From positions 1-30,493 of IMG/VR virus record IMGVR_UViG_3300032261_000326: DNA of 30,493 nt; one strand, 5' to 3'. Shown one piece after another: positions 22,196 through 30,493 of the stretch. A program made the position numbers and the translations under genes. The DNA is from a virus (taxonomy: Duplodnaviria > Caudoviricetes). The notes beneath the pieces were generated by a model, which did no database searches, had not been told where the DNA came from, and was given only the letters and a program-made list of their open reading frames with translations. The first letter of the stretch is position 1. Every line of letters begins with the position of its first letter.

Positions 22196-22749
22196 GCTGG
22201 TGCCGTTGCTGGTCGCGGTTGCGGGAGCGGGACGTTCTGCAGCGATGCGGTGCCGGTATTGATGGCGGTGGCTGATGCCGTCTCGGCAGCGCTGGCGTTT
22301 TGCGAGAGCATCGCGCCAGCATCGACCATCGCCTGCAGGACCGGCGCGCCCGCCTCGACGAACTGCATGTCGTACTCGACATAGCCGCCACGCTGGCGCT
22401 GATCGCTGTAGGACCAGCGTTCGCACATCACCATCATGGTCCCGAGTAGCGGATGGATCAGCATGCCGGCGGCAACGGCATCGAGCGCCAAGTTGAGCTG
22501 ATTGATCTGCGCGACGAGATTCGCGCCGATGCCGCGATCGCCCAGGATCAGATAGCCGGTAAAGTTCCAGCGGATCGCGTGGCGACCCATGTCTTCGGAG
22601 TAAGGTGCGTTGCGCTTTGGATACTCATGGACAACCGTACGACGGCCGCCCGCGCGCGAGCTCGCTTCGACATGAAAGACAACGCCGCGAAAGCTCGCCG
22701 GCACGAGACTGTCGCGCCAGACGTTATGGACGTCGCGGATCGAGGTCAT
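22192..22749 (-). CDS. DNA circularisation protein N-terminal domain (Mu gp43/N)
   Basis: WRDSLVPASFRGVVFHVE...GGRRTVVHEYPKRNAPYSEDMGR...GMLIHPLLG...MQFVEAG. Confidence 0.93.
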   Translation of the reverse strand: MTSIRDVHNVWRDSLVPASFRGVVFHVEASSRAGGRRTVVHEYPKRNAPYSEDMGRHAIRWNFTGYLILGDRGIGANLVAQINQLNLALDAVAAGMLIHPLLGTMMVMCERWSYSDQRQRGGYVEYDMQFVEAGAPVLQAMVDAGAMLSQNASAAETASATAINTGTASLQNVPLPQPRPATAPA

Positions 22750-25287
22750 TTATTCCTCGGCGTTCGCCGGTTCTGCCGGCGTCTTCTCGCGGCTCACGGT
22801 GGTATTGCCCTGAAAACCACCCTCGCTTTCGGTCTTGACGGTGGTGCCGCTCGGGGCGCGGATGTTGACCTTCAGCCCCATGCGGCTGCGCGGACGCGCG
22901 AGCATGCTCGTCACTTGCTCTCTGGCTCGATTTGTCGCCTTGCCCAGATCGACTGCCTCGCTGTCTGAGGGCGTCACGCTCTGCAACCAACTCGGAGCCG
23001 CTGACTTCTGGCCCCCGATATCCAAGTCGCCGATTTCGACGCGACCGGTTGGCCGTGCTCGCTGTTGCGATGACGGCCCCGGCTGGACGTCATCCCAACT
23101 TCTAAGACCTCTCGTCCAGCGCGTGACTGAGGTGCCTTCCTCCTTGTCACGATGACCGGGGTTGACTTCGCCGTGACCAAAGAAACGGCTGGGTGGGATG
23201 CCGTATTTCTTGCCGAGAAACACCGCGAGCTTGCGCATCGCTGCGATCTGTGCCGGCGTGAAATTTTTGTCCTCCTTGCCGGCGCCCGAGATGCCGATCG
23301 TATTCGCGTTGCTCAGTCCCGAGCCCATCGGACCCCAGCCAGGCAAGATGTGCGCGCCGCGTCTGCCGGTTCCGATGAATTGATAGATCGTGCCGTCGCG
23401 ATCGACGATAAAGTTGTAGCCAAGCCCGCGTTGGTTCATCGTATTGACGGCGCTCAACAGCGACGGCCCGCCGGTGTTGTGGACGATGACCGCCTGCGGA
23501 TTGATCTTGAATTGCGGGAATTGCCGAGTTGAGCGGCCAGTGATGTCGCGCACCTGCCCGAGATCGCTAATATCGCCGAGATCGACAGGCGTTGCGCCAG
23601 GGGGCCCGCGATCGCCACGCAGCGCGCGCTTGATGTGCTCGAGCGTGAACGGCTGCATGTTACGCGGCGTTGTAGCCTCTTCCGCTTCTGCCGGGCTTGT
23701 CGGCACCAGTGGCTCGCTGGTCTCTAGCGGGCCGCCGGTAGGAGAAACGCGACCACCCCTTGGAAAGCGAGTGCGCCCGCCACCGCCGCCCATGCCCCCG
23801 CCACCACCGGCGCGCCCGCCGCCGATACCGCCAAAGCCAAAGCCGCCGCCAATCGCGCGCGCTTCGGCTTCCTCGCCTAAGCCGAGATAGTCGTTCAAGC
23901 GTTTGAGCTCGTCAGTCGTCTTGTCGACGACTTCGTCGAGCTCCTTCATCACGCGGCGATCGCCATAGGCCGCAGCGGACTCGCTGCTACCCGTAAAGCG
24001 ATAAGGCGTCGTCTGCCCCAGAGTAGATGAGCGCAGAATAGTCATCGGAGGCGGGCGCTCGCCCTCGCCAGTGGATGCCGGTTGTGGCGTCTCGCCGCCG
24101 CCTTCTCCCGCCGGTGGAGCTGCAGGCGCGCCTCCGCCCTCTTTCGCTTCGGCCCCCTTTGCGCTCGTCGAAAGAGCCACGCCGAACGCAGTGAGCGCGC
24201 CGAAAACGAACATCAGCTTGCCAATCGCGCCGAGACCGCCAGCGACACCAAAAAGCCAACTGGAAAAGCCTAGCGCGACGACGCCCTCGATGATCGGTTT
24301 CCAGCCACCGATCTGCTGCACGATCGGATCGAGCGCAGCGAACGCTGCCTTCACATCGTCAAAAATCTTTTTGAGCGTCTGCAGCGCCGCGGTGAGCCCG
24401 TTTGCGATCGCATCCCAATCGATATTGATCGAGCGCGCCCATTCGGCAAACGCGTTGACGACATCGCGACCGGGGCCTTGCAACCATCGATCGAGCGAGT
24501 GAGTCAGTCGCTCGAATGCCGGCATCACCGCCATGCCGACGGTAGTTTTCAGATTATCGAAGGTGATGCCGAGATTCGTCCATGCGAGCTGATAGGCCCG
24601 CATCGTCGGCGTGTCTCGCCGTAGGTTTTCATTGAGCGGCCCAACGTCGAACATGTCGCGGTAGGTGACCGACGAGAGCCCGAACAACTTCTTGATCGAC
24701 TCCTGCGCATCCGGCGACATGCCTTTCATGCGCTCGGCCAGGACGCGCATGCCGGCTTCCCAACCGCCGGGGCCGCGCACCGCCTGCATGAGCTCTTGCG
24801 CGAGCTGCACGCCACCACGCCCGCGTGCGAGCTCGCGGAATATCTGTGACCGGCCGCCCTCTTGCTGCAGCGGACGCAGCGCGCGAACGACGCCCTCGAT
24901 ATTGCTGGTCGCTTGCTGACGGGAAAGACCGAGCGCCTGGCCGCGGGCAATAAGCTTCTCGAGCTGCTCGGTGGTGAGCCCGAGCTCGGAGGCGGTGTAG
25001 TGGAGCCCTAAGCCTTCGCGGGAGAAATTGGCGAGCGCTCGCGCCGCCGCGGCGATGCCGCCAATAAAGCCGGTGCTAATGATGGCGCCGGCGCCGGTGA
25101 GATTGACGAGAGTTTGCAGCTCGGTGTTGAGCTTCTGCGCGGCGCCTTCCAGGTCCTTGATGTCGGACTTCCATTTCGAGAATAGCGTGCGGCTCTCGAC
25201 ATTGTGCATGCGCTGGCGCACGCGCTCGAGCGACGCGGAGACCTCGTCGCGAATTAGGACTTCTACGACCGGTGCTTCAGCGGCCAT
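22750..25287 (-). CDS. Tape-measure-like protein 2 (845 aa) with N-acetylmuramoyl-L-alanine amidase (Amidase_2) domain
   Basis: Helical N-terminus with hydrophobic segment; AVIVHNT...GYNFIVDRDGTIYQ...GAH...NANTIGI...TPAQIAA...L...YGI.....GHGEV at about 23140-23505. Confidence 0.85.
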   Translation of the reverse strand: MAAEAPVVEVLIRDEVSASLERVRQRMHNVESRTLFSKWKSDIKDLEGAAQKLNTELQTLVNLTGAGAIISTGFIGGIAAAARALANFSREGLGLHYTASELGLTTEQLEKLIARGQALGLSRQQATSNIEGVVRALRPLQQEGGRSQIFRELARGRGGVQLAQELMQAVRGPGGWEAGMRVLAERMKGMSPDAQESIKKLFGLSSVTYRDMFDVGPLNENLRRDTPTMRAYQLAWTNLGITFDNLKTTVGMAVMPAFERLTHSLDRWLQGPGRDVVNAFAEWARSINIDWDAIANGLTAALQTLKKIFDDVKAAFAALDPIVQQIGGWKPIIEGVVALGFSSWLFGVAGGLGAIGKLMFVFGALTAFGVALSTSAKGAEAKEGGGAPAAPPAGEGGGETPQPASTGEGERPPPMTILRSSTLGQTTPYRFTGSSESAAAYGDRRVMKELDEVVDKTTDELKRLNDYLGLGEEAEARAIGGGFGFGGIGGGRAGGGGGMGGGGGRTRFPRGGRVSPTGGPLETSEPLVPTSPAEAEEATTPRNMQPFTLEHIKRALRGDRGPPGATPVDLGDISDLGQVRDITGRSTRQFPQFKINPQAVIVHNTGGPSLLSAVNTMNQRGLGYNFIVDRDGTIYQFIGTGRRGAHILPGWGPMGSGLSNANTIGISGAGKEDKNFTPAQIAAMRKLAVFLGKKYGIPPSRFFGHGEVNPGHRDKEEGTSVTRWTRGLRSWDDVQPGPSSQQRARPTGRVEIGDLDIGGQKSAAPSWLQSVTPSDSEAVDLGKATNRAREQVTSMLARPRSRMGLKVNIRAPSGTTVKTESEGGFQGNTTVSREKTPAEPANAEE

Positions 25288-25290
25288 CGC

Positions 25291-27789
25291 TTATTCGTAA
25301 TTGTATTGTGACCATTCCGTTGTATCGCCGCCCGCATGCGGCATCTGCGGCGTCTTTTTCGTCTTTGACGGCCGGAATAGATTTTTCTTGCCGTTGCCGT
25401 TCTTGGCGCCAGCGCCGACATCGATGTCGATTGAGGCGTTGCCGCTCATCACCTGTTGAGCGACGTCATGCGCGAGCGAGCGGTTGATTTTGGCGCGAGC
25501 TGATTCACGCCCGGCGATTTCAAGATCGCCGATTTCAACTCGTGGCCGCTCGCCGTCGCTGGTGTGTTGTCTTGGCCGCTCGCGATCTTGAATGCCGGGC
25601 CGCACGCCTGGCGGCAAGTTAGCGCCGAGATAGCGTCCCGTGATGCGCCGCCTGTTGGCGGCTTCCGTCGCTCGCTGACTGCCGTAAATTTCGTATGCAG
25701 CGCCAGCGCTGAGATCGACGACGCCCGGCGGTCCGACGTCAACTTTGCGCGTGACGTATTTGCGCCCGTCTGGCAGCGACAATTCGTACCAACCGCCTAG
25801 CCCACGTCGAGTCGCTGAGGCGAAGCCCGGTGTATCAGGCGGTAGGCCGCTCGCAAACGGACCCTCGCGATTGCGCATCGCGCCCCAATCGGTCCACACG
25901 TTGCCTTTCGGATCGGTGTATCGCCAGGGCTTGCCGAGAAACCATGTTTGCCCGCCAGCGACGTCAAAGCGACCACCGCCCGCTGTAGGTGCGCTGCTCG
26001 ATGGCGTGCTGCCCTCGACCGCTTGGCGGATTTGTTGGAGGTTGAACCGCCGCATCCCTTGCGGCCCGACTTGCGTGGGCGCTCCTGCCGGGCTCGTTGG
26101 TGCAGTTTGATCGCCATCGCTTGGCCCGCCGCTGGGCCCGCTCGGCGGCGTGCCGCCCGAGCCGAGACCGCCACCACCGCCCTCGAGACCCCCGCCGCCA
26201 CCACCGCCGCCGCCGAAGCCGCCGCCCCCAGCGCCCCCACCTTCGCCCGCCGGCATCAGATAATCGTTGAGCTTTGCGAGCTCGTCCTTCAGGTCCTTGA
26301 ATTCGTCAGTGAGATCCTCGCGCGTGCGACGATCCTCGATCGCGCCCGGCGAGAGATATTGCTCGCGCCCGGCGAGAAAATTCGGATCGGGATGAAAGCG
26401 AATATCATTCGGCCCGCCGCGGAGCATGTCGCGGAAGTCACCGAACTTTTGCGGCGTCGCTTCGGGATCATTATAAAATTCCGGCCCGAGCAAACGCCGC
26501 CACCAGGGAAGATTCTTCGGGCCAGGCAGTAGATCGATGCCACTCGGCGGCTCTCCTGGCGGATGCTCTTTGAGCGTCTCCTCACGATCCTCGCGCATCC
26601 GCTGGCGGAATTTCTCGATCTCTTCGCGATGCGTGAGGATGTAATAGAGCGCGCTGATGGTGCCGACGAGCGGCGTCAGCGCTCGCAGCACTGGCAACAA
26701 CGGCGCGATGCCGCGCAGGGCAAAGGCGACCGTACCAAGCCAACGAATGAACGGCAGCGCCATCAGTCCGATGATCACCTTCGTCCAATCCAGGCCGATC
26801 GACTTAATGACCTTGTCGGCGGTCTGGAATGCGGCGCCGATCTCGTCAGTCGCCTTCTTGAAATCAGCACTCAGGCGCTCGAGGCCTCCCAACTTGATCC
26901 AGGCGTCGATTGCCGCGGTGAGCTCGTTGCCCCAGGCGCTTATTTGCGCGACGAATTCTTTCCCCGTCTGCGACTGTAGCCACTTGTCGAGCGACTGCAT
27001 CAGCCGCGTCATCGATGGCAGGAGCGCGGTCCCGATGGTCGTTTTGATATTGTCCATCGAGATGCCGAGATTGGTTTGTGCGAGCTGATATTCGAGTAAC
27101 TGCCCCTTATCGAGCCGAATGCGCTGGTGCAGCTTGCCGAGCACGAGCTCGAGATCGCGATAAGCGACGCTCGGCAAGCCGAACATCTTCATGATCGAGG
27201 TTTGCGCCTCGGGCGACATGCCGCGCATGCGCGCGAATAGATGTTTCAGCCCGCCGATGACGCCATCGGGGCCTTGCATCGCGGCGACGACCTCCTTCGC
27301 CAACACGACGCCAGTGCCGCGCGCTCCGCGCGCTAATTCCTTGAACACCTCCGATTGCGGCCCGATGCGATTGAGCTCGCGCAGCTTCTCGATCGTGCTG
27401 CCGATGCCTTGCGCGGCCTGTTCTTGCGAGAGCCCGAGCGCGACCCCAGCATTGCGCAATTGTTCAAAGCGCTCGGTTGTGACGCCGAGCGCGGACGCCG
27501 TGTAGTGAAGCTGGAGGCCGGTGCGGGCAAAATCGCCGAGCGCCCGACTTGCCGCATAGAGGCTTGCAACGACACCGCCACCGATGACGCCGCCGACCGT
27601 GAGCTGCTTAAGCGTCGAGAGCTCGCGCCGCGCTGCCGAAGCCGCGCGCTCGAGCCCCTGAAATTCGCGCTGTCCCTTCGATGTGTTGAAGCTCTCGAGC
27701 TGGCGACGGTATTTGGCAAACGCCTCTTCCATCGCCTTCGAGAATTCATCCCGAAGGATCAGTTTAAGTTCGATTGACTGATCAGCCAT
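25291..27789 (-). CDS. Tape-measure-like protein 1 (832 aa) with RlpA-like double-psi beta-barrel domain
   Basis: Canonical TMP slot after the chaperone; helical N-terminus; ASG...PGFA......LGGWYEL..PDGR...TRKVDVGP.GVVDLSAGAA at about 25680-25960. Confidence 0.82.
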   Translation of the reverse strand: MADQSIELKLILRDEFSKAMEEAFAKYRRQLESFNTSKGQREFQGLERAASAARRELSTLKQLTVGGVIGGGVVASLYAASRALGDFARTGLQLHYTASALGVTTERFEQLRNAGVALGLSQEQAAQGIGSTIEKLRELNRIGPQSEVFKELARGARGTGVVLAKEVVAAMQGPDGVIGGLKHLFARMRGMSPEAQTSIMKMFGLPSVAYRDLELVLGKLHQRIRLDKGQLLEYQLAQTNLGISMDNIKTTIGTALLPSMTRLMQSLDKWLQSQTGKEFVAQISAWGNELTAAIDAWIKLGGLERLSADFKKATDEIGAAFQTADKVIKSIGLDWTKVIIGLMALPFIRWLGTVAFALRGIAPLLPVLRALTPLVGTISALYYILTHREEIEKFRQRMREDREETLKEHPPGEPPSGIDLLPGPKNLPWWRRLLGPEFYNDPEATPQKFGDFRDMLRGGPNDIRFHPDPNFLAGREQYLSPGAIEDRRTREDLTDEFKDLKDELAKLNDYLMPAGEGGGAGGGGFGGGGGGGGGLEGGGGGLGSGGTPPSGPSGGPSDGDQTAPTSPAGAPTQVGPQGMRRFNLQQIRQAVEGSTPSSSAPTAGGGRFDVAGGQTWFLGKPWRYTDPKGNVWTDWGAMRNREGPFASGLPPDTPGFASATRRGLGGWYELSLPDGRKYVTRKVDVGPPGVVDLSAGAAYEIYGSQRATEAANRRRITGRYLGANLPPGVRPGIQDRERPRQHTSDGERPRVEIGDLEIAGRESARAKINRSLAHDVAQQVMSGNASIDIDVGAGAKNGNGKKNLFRPSKTKKTPQMPHAGGDTTEWSQYNYE

Positions 27790-27792
27790 GGA

Positions 27793-27990
27793 CTATTCGG
27801 GAGGCTGCGCGGCCTCTTGCTCGGCTGTGATCGCGTCGGCGAGCTTCGCAGTCCAGCGTAGATGCCGGCCGAGTTCGCTGATTGTCTTTTCGAGAAAAAT
27901 GCAGGGATCGACGTGATAAAAGTGCGCCAGCCGATAGCAGTCGAGCACCACGTCGTCGGGGTTTATTACCCCATGGCCGGCATAAAAAAA
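27793..27990 (-). CDS. Tail chaperone frameshift extension (lambda gpT / P2 gpE'-like), reached by -1 frameshift
   Basis: -1 frame FFYAGHGVINPDDVVLDCYRLAHFYHVDP...ISEL..HL.W stays open from the T7 run to 27793, ending 4 nt before TMP1. Confidence 0.78.
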   Translation of the reverse strand, partial: FFYAGHGVINPDDVVLDCYRLAHFYHVDPCIFLEKTISELGRHLRWTAKLADAITAEQEAAQPPE

Positions 27991-28325
27991 CGTACGAGCT
28001 TCCAGGCTATCGTGTTCCAGTCCCCCGCTGGAATTTGCCGCACGCTCGAGGGCGGAATCTGTGCCAGCGTCGAGATCATCGCCGACATTTTCTTTTCGTC
28101 GAACGTGACTCGCGGCTGCTCGAGCCCGAACACCTCGAGGATGATGGGGTTGCCGGCGCGCTCGATATCGCCCGCGGTCGGCTCCCGCCATTTGATGATC
28201 TTGACTTCCTCGCCGTGCGCCTGAATCGGCTTGCTCAACGTTAGCATCAGATCGTTGGCTGGCACGCCATTAGCCTGGGGAGGCGCTTCGCCACCGGCAG
28301 GCGCTTCAGTTTCATTCTCCGCCAT
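27966..28325 (-). CDS. Tail assembly chaperone (Mu gp41 / FluMu gp41-like)
   Basis: LTLSKPIQAHGEEVKIIKWREPTAGDI...LAQIPPSSVRQI...DW......FF; located between tube and TMP. Confidence 0.9.
   Translation of the reverse strand: MAENETEAPAGGEAPPQANGVPANDLMLTLSKPIQAHGEEVKIIKWREPTAGDIERAGNPIILEVFGLEQPRVTFDEKKMSAMISTLAQIPPSSVRQIPAGDWNTIAWKLVRFFMPAMG
27984..27990 (-). promoter_or_regulatory. Programmed -1 ribosomal frameshift slippery site T TTT TTT
   Basis: CGT TTT TTT ATG in the chaperone frame, five codons before its stop. Confidence 0.8.
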
Positions 28326-28383
28326 GAAGTGCTTCCTTATGAGTTGGATAATTTCGCTCGCGCAAATTGCGCGAGCTCGGCGC

Positions 28384-28746
28384 TTAGCCGATCTCGTCGC
28401 AGCTCGTGCCTTCCCAGCGGACGCGAACCTGACCCTCTCGGGTGTTGTTCTCGAGCGCCGATTTGCAGGCCGCCTCTTTGAGGACGTAGACTTTTTCATT
28501 CGCGAGCTCCGCGGTGACGGTCACCTCGACCATCTGCTCGAGCGTCTCGAGGCTGACCTCTTGCGTGGTGCTGACGTCGCCCTCGATCCACGGCACGCGC
28601 GGGAGCTCTTGATAGCCGTGGACGTAGTCCTGACCGGCGAGCATCGTGCGTTCGAGTGAGCTGGGCGAGACCGTGAAATTTCCTCTCAACGGATACTGAT
28701 TGCCGTCGATTTTGAGGAACGCCGTTCCGGCGATTCTCTGTGCCAT
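28384..28746 (-). CDS. Tail tube protein (Mu gpM family)
   Basis: RIAGTAFLKIDG.QY.LRG...RT.LAGQD.VHGY.ELPRVPWIEG...TVTAELAN.KVYVL..A...EGQVRVRWEG; AAGGAG RBS. Confidence 0.95.
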   Translation of the reverse strand: MAQRIAGTAFLKIDGNQYPLRGNFTVSPSSLERTMLAGQDYVHGYQELPRVPWIEGDVSTTQEVSLETLEQMVEVTVTAELANEKVYVLKEAACKSALENNTREGQVRVRWEGTSCDEIG

Positions 28747-28770
28747 AGTTGGCTCCTTTTGTAGGAAAGC

Positions 28771-28792
28771 CGCGTCATCACGACGGGGCGAG
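28771..28792 (-). promoter_or_regulatory. Conserved leader hairpin motif, copy 1 (upstream of tube gene)
   Basis: Minus strand CTCGCCCCGTCGTGATGACGCG, 20/22 identical to the copy at 30442-30463. Confidence 0.65.
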
Positions 28793-28796
28793 TGAA

Positions 28797-28820
28797 AGCG
28801 CCGCGCGCTTGCGCGGCGCT
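28797..28820. repeat. Perfect 10-bp GC inverted repeat between sheath and tube genes
   Basis: AGCGCCGCGC-GCTT-GCGCGGCGCT. Confidence 0.7.
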
Positions 28821-28855
28821 ACGCTGCGAGGGTCGCGTCTCCTTGCGTTGGGGGA

Positions 28856-30415
28856 TTAGTTGATGATCTCGAGGTCCTGGCCGCGGTCGTATTGCAGGCG
28901 GAATTGTGCCAGCACGGCGAAGACGCGGAGTTGATTCACGAGATCAGGCGGATAGAGCACGTTCAGGCGGTTGGGGTCCTGGTTGTCCCTCTCAACCACG
29001 AGATGGTCCTTGAATGCCTGCAAGTTCTCTACGAGACCGTTGAACTCATCGATCGCATACTGCGCGACGAGCTCGGCCGTGATGACCTTCGGCGTGACGA
29101 TCTTCTGACCGACACCGAAGCGCGTGCCGTCATCCGCCAATTTATATCTTGGGTATTTCGACGTGATGACCTGACGCTGATTGCGAATGAGCTTCGCCAA
29201 AGTTGCGAGCGTAGTGACGAGCTCATAGGCGTCATCGCTCTGTCCGTACAGATTGAGCTGATAGGTGGTGGTCTCACGCATGATGTGTGAGACGTTGGTC
29301 AAACTGGCTTGTTGTGTGGCGATGCCGGCGCCCGAGAGACTGTTGAGCTCAGGCAAGTTGAAGCGATCGTTCCCCTTCGCCGGGAGGATGCTGTCGAGCG
29401 TGAGCGTCTGCAGCGGACGGGCCGGATCGTTCGTCAAAGCGCGCGCAGCTTTGGCAGTGTAGGCGCAAGCCCATTCATAGGTCGGGCTCGGCGCATTCGG
29501 CTCGACCGCCATCACTGAGAGCACGCCTGAGTTTTGCGTCGCGCCCCAGATGATCAGGTTCGAATAGGTGTCGCGCTTGGCCGCGAACAAGTGACCGTAA
29601 AGCTGGCGCATCCAGCCCCAGCGCCCGGTGTCGCCGAAGCCGTATTCCTGCTCCCACATGAACAGGGTATTGCTGTCGGTGTTGGCGAGCGCGACATATT
29701 CAAACTGTTGCTCACCAAGCGCGGCGATGCCGGCGGTGTAGTCGGGGATGCCAGCGCCGCCAGAGAGCATGTTGTTCGCCGGCAGAGTGACGACCAGGCC
29801 GGGCGGCAATTCCTGACCGCCGATCGCGCCGTAGTAGTTGAGCCACACGCTGATGTCGTTGCCATTGACGCCCGGCGTCTTGCACGTGATCGTGCATTTG
29901 TTCGTCGTCGCCACGGCATAGACCGGAAGCGCGTCGTTGTTGTTGATCGCGGCAGCGAGATTGGTCGCGATGTTCGCAGTCGTGTCAGTGGTGCCGACGA
30001 CGATGGCGACCAAGTGCCCGGCGATATAGACGTTGAGCATTCCGGCTTCGGTTGCCGGCGATGTAAACGTGATGTCGCCATGTGCCGCGACCGCGCCTAC
30101 CGGCGTGGTGACCGGCAAGCACCACATCTCCTGCGCAAAGTTATTCGCCAGAAACGCTTGCACCATGCAGCCGATCTCGGAGCCTTGACCGAAGTAGTGA
30201 TCGGCTTGCGCTTGCGTGCCGATCGGGATCGGCACATTCGGAACGCCGATGCCAGCGACGACGCCCGTCGGCGGTGGCGGCGTAGCGGGGATCATCGAGC
30301 CAACAAGCAGCGCCGGGTTCCGCACGATCGGCAGACCGGCCATGCTGGGGTCTACTTCGACCCAATAGAGCGGCATCCGCCAGTTTTGCGGAATGTTGTC
30401 AAAGCTGATGGGCAT
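28856..30415 (-). CDS. Contractile tail sheath protein (Mu gpL family)
   Basis: ISFDNIPQNWRMPLYWVEVDPSMA, GRWGWMRQLYGH, DPARPLQTL.L, SKYPRYKLADDGTRFG.GQ.IVTP, VERD..DPNRLNVLYPPDLVNQLRVFA. Confidence 0.97.
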   Translation of the reverse strand: MPISFDNIPQNWRMPLYWVEVDPSMAGLPIVRNPALLVGSMIPATPPPPTGVVAGIGVPNVPIPIGTQAQADHYFGQGSEIGCMVQAFLANNFAQEMWCLPVTTPVGAVAAHGDITFTSPATEAGMLNVYIAGHLVAIVVGTTDTTANIATNLAAAINNNDALPVYAVATTNKCTITCKTPGVNGNDISVWLNYYGAIGGQELPPGLVVTLPANNMLSGGAGIPDYTAGIAALGEQQFEYVALANTDSNTLFMWEQEYGFGDTGRWGWMRQLYGHLFAAKRDTYSNLIIWGATQNSGVLSVMAVEPNAPSPTYEWACAYTAKAARALTNDPARPLQTLTLDSILPAKGNDRFNLPELNSLSGAGIATQQASLTNVSHIMRETTTYQLNLYGQSDDAYELVTTLATLAKLIRNQRQVITSKYPRYKLADDGTRFGVGQKIVTPKVITAELVAQYAIDEFNGLVENLQAFKDHLVVERDNQDPNRLNVLYPPDLVNQLRVFAVLAQFRLQYDRGQDLEIIN

Positions 30416-30441
30416 GGAGGGACCTCCATCTGAGGGAAGGG

Positions 30442-30463
30442 CGCGTCGTCACGACGGGCCGAG
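30442..30463 (-). promoter_or_regulatory. Conserved leader hairpin motif, copy 2 (upstream of sheath gene)
   Basis: Minus strand CTCGGCCCGTCGTGACGACGCG, just 5' of the GGAGG RBS. Confidence 0.65.
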
Positions 30464-30493
30464 CGGCCGTGGTCCCGCGGCTTCAGGCCGTTT

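Noticed and set aside
22750-27789. TMP pair as a single frameshifted gene or an assembly duplication
   Set aside because: Each ORF has its own homologous N-terminus, start and stop, and the two are far too diverged to be an assembly artefact.
13864-30415. Calling the locus an eCIS, T6SS or tailocin
   Set aside because: Components are Mu-type (gpL, gpM, gp41, gp43-48) and no Afp/T6SS-specific genes are visible. Head genes could lie beyond the right edge, so prophage versus tailocin cannot be decided here.

Overview
GC-rich, probably alphaproteobacterial (Rhizobiales-like) DNA; the host assignment is an inference from gene content and style. Bases 1-912 are host genes: the 3' part of a Bug/TctC solute-binding protein and a GFA-family protein. 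From about 1.1 kb to the right edge lies the end of a prophage or phage-tail-like element. It starts with a short, apparently decaying accessory block: an XRE-PAS regulator, a small XRE, a frameshifted zinc-ribbon gene and a HEPN/DUF5677-like gene. One ~26.5-kb minus-strand operon follows with a Mu-like contractile tail. In transcription order it encodes sheath, tube, tail chaperone with a -1 frameshift, two tandem tape-measure paralogues, split gp43, hub gp44, spike gp45, an extra gene, gp46, gp47/J, gp48, three fibre genes (two collagen-like), a methyltransferase, a GT4 glycosyltransferase and a three-domain endolysin. Three features stand out. (1) The duplicated tape-measure genes share one scaffold but carry different peptidoglycan-hydrolase domains (RlpA-like DPBB versus Amidase_2). 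(2) A 1481-aa Thr-rich collagen fibre with five repeated 118-aa domains sits in a tightly packed cassette with a glycosyltransferase and methyltransferase, suggesting self-glycosylated fibres. (3) An XRE-PAS sensor-regulator lies at the element edge. No head, packaging or integrase genes are in the window. All family calls come from motif recognition and gene order, not database searches.
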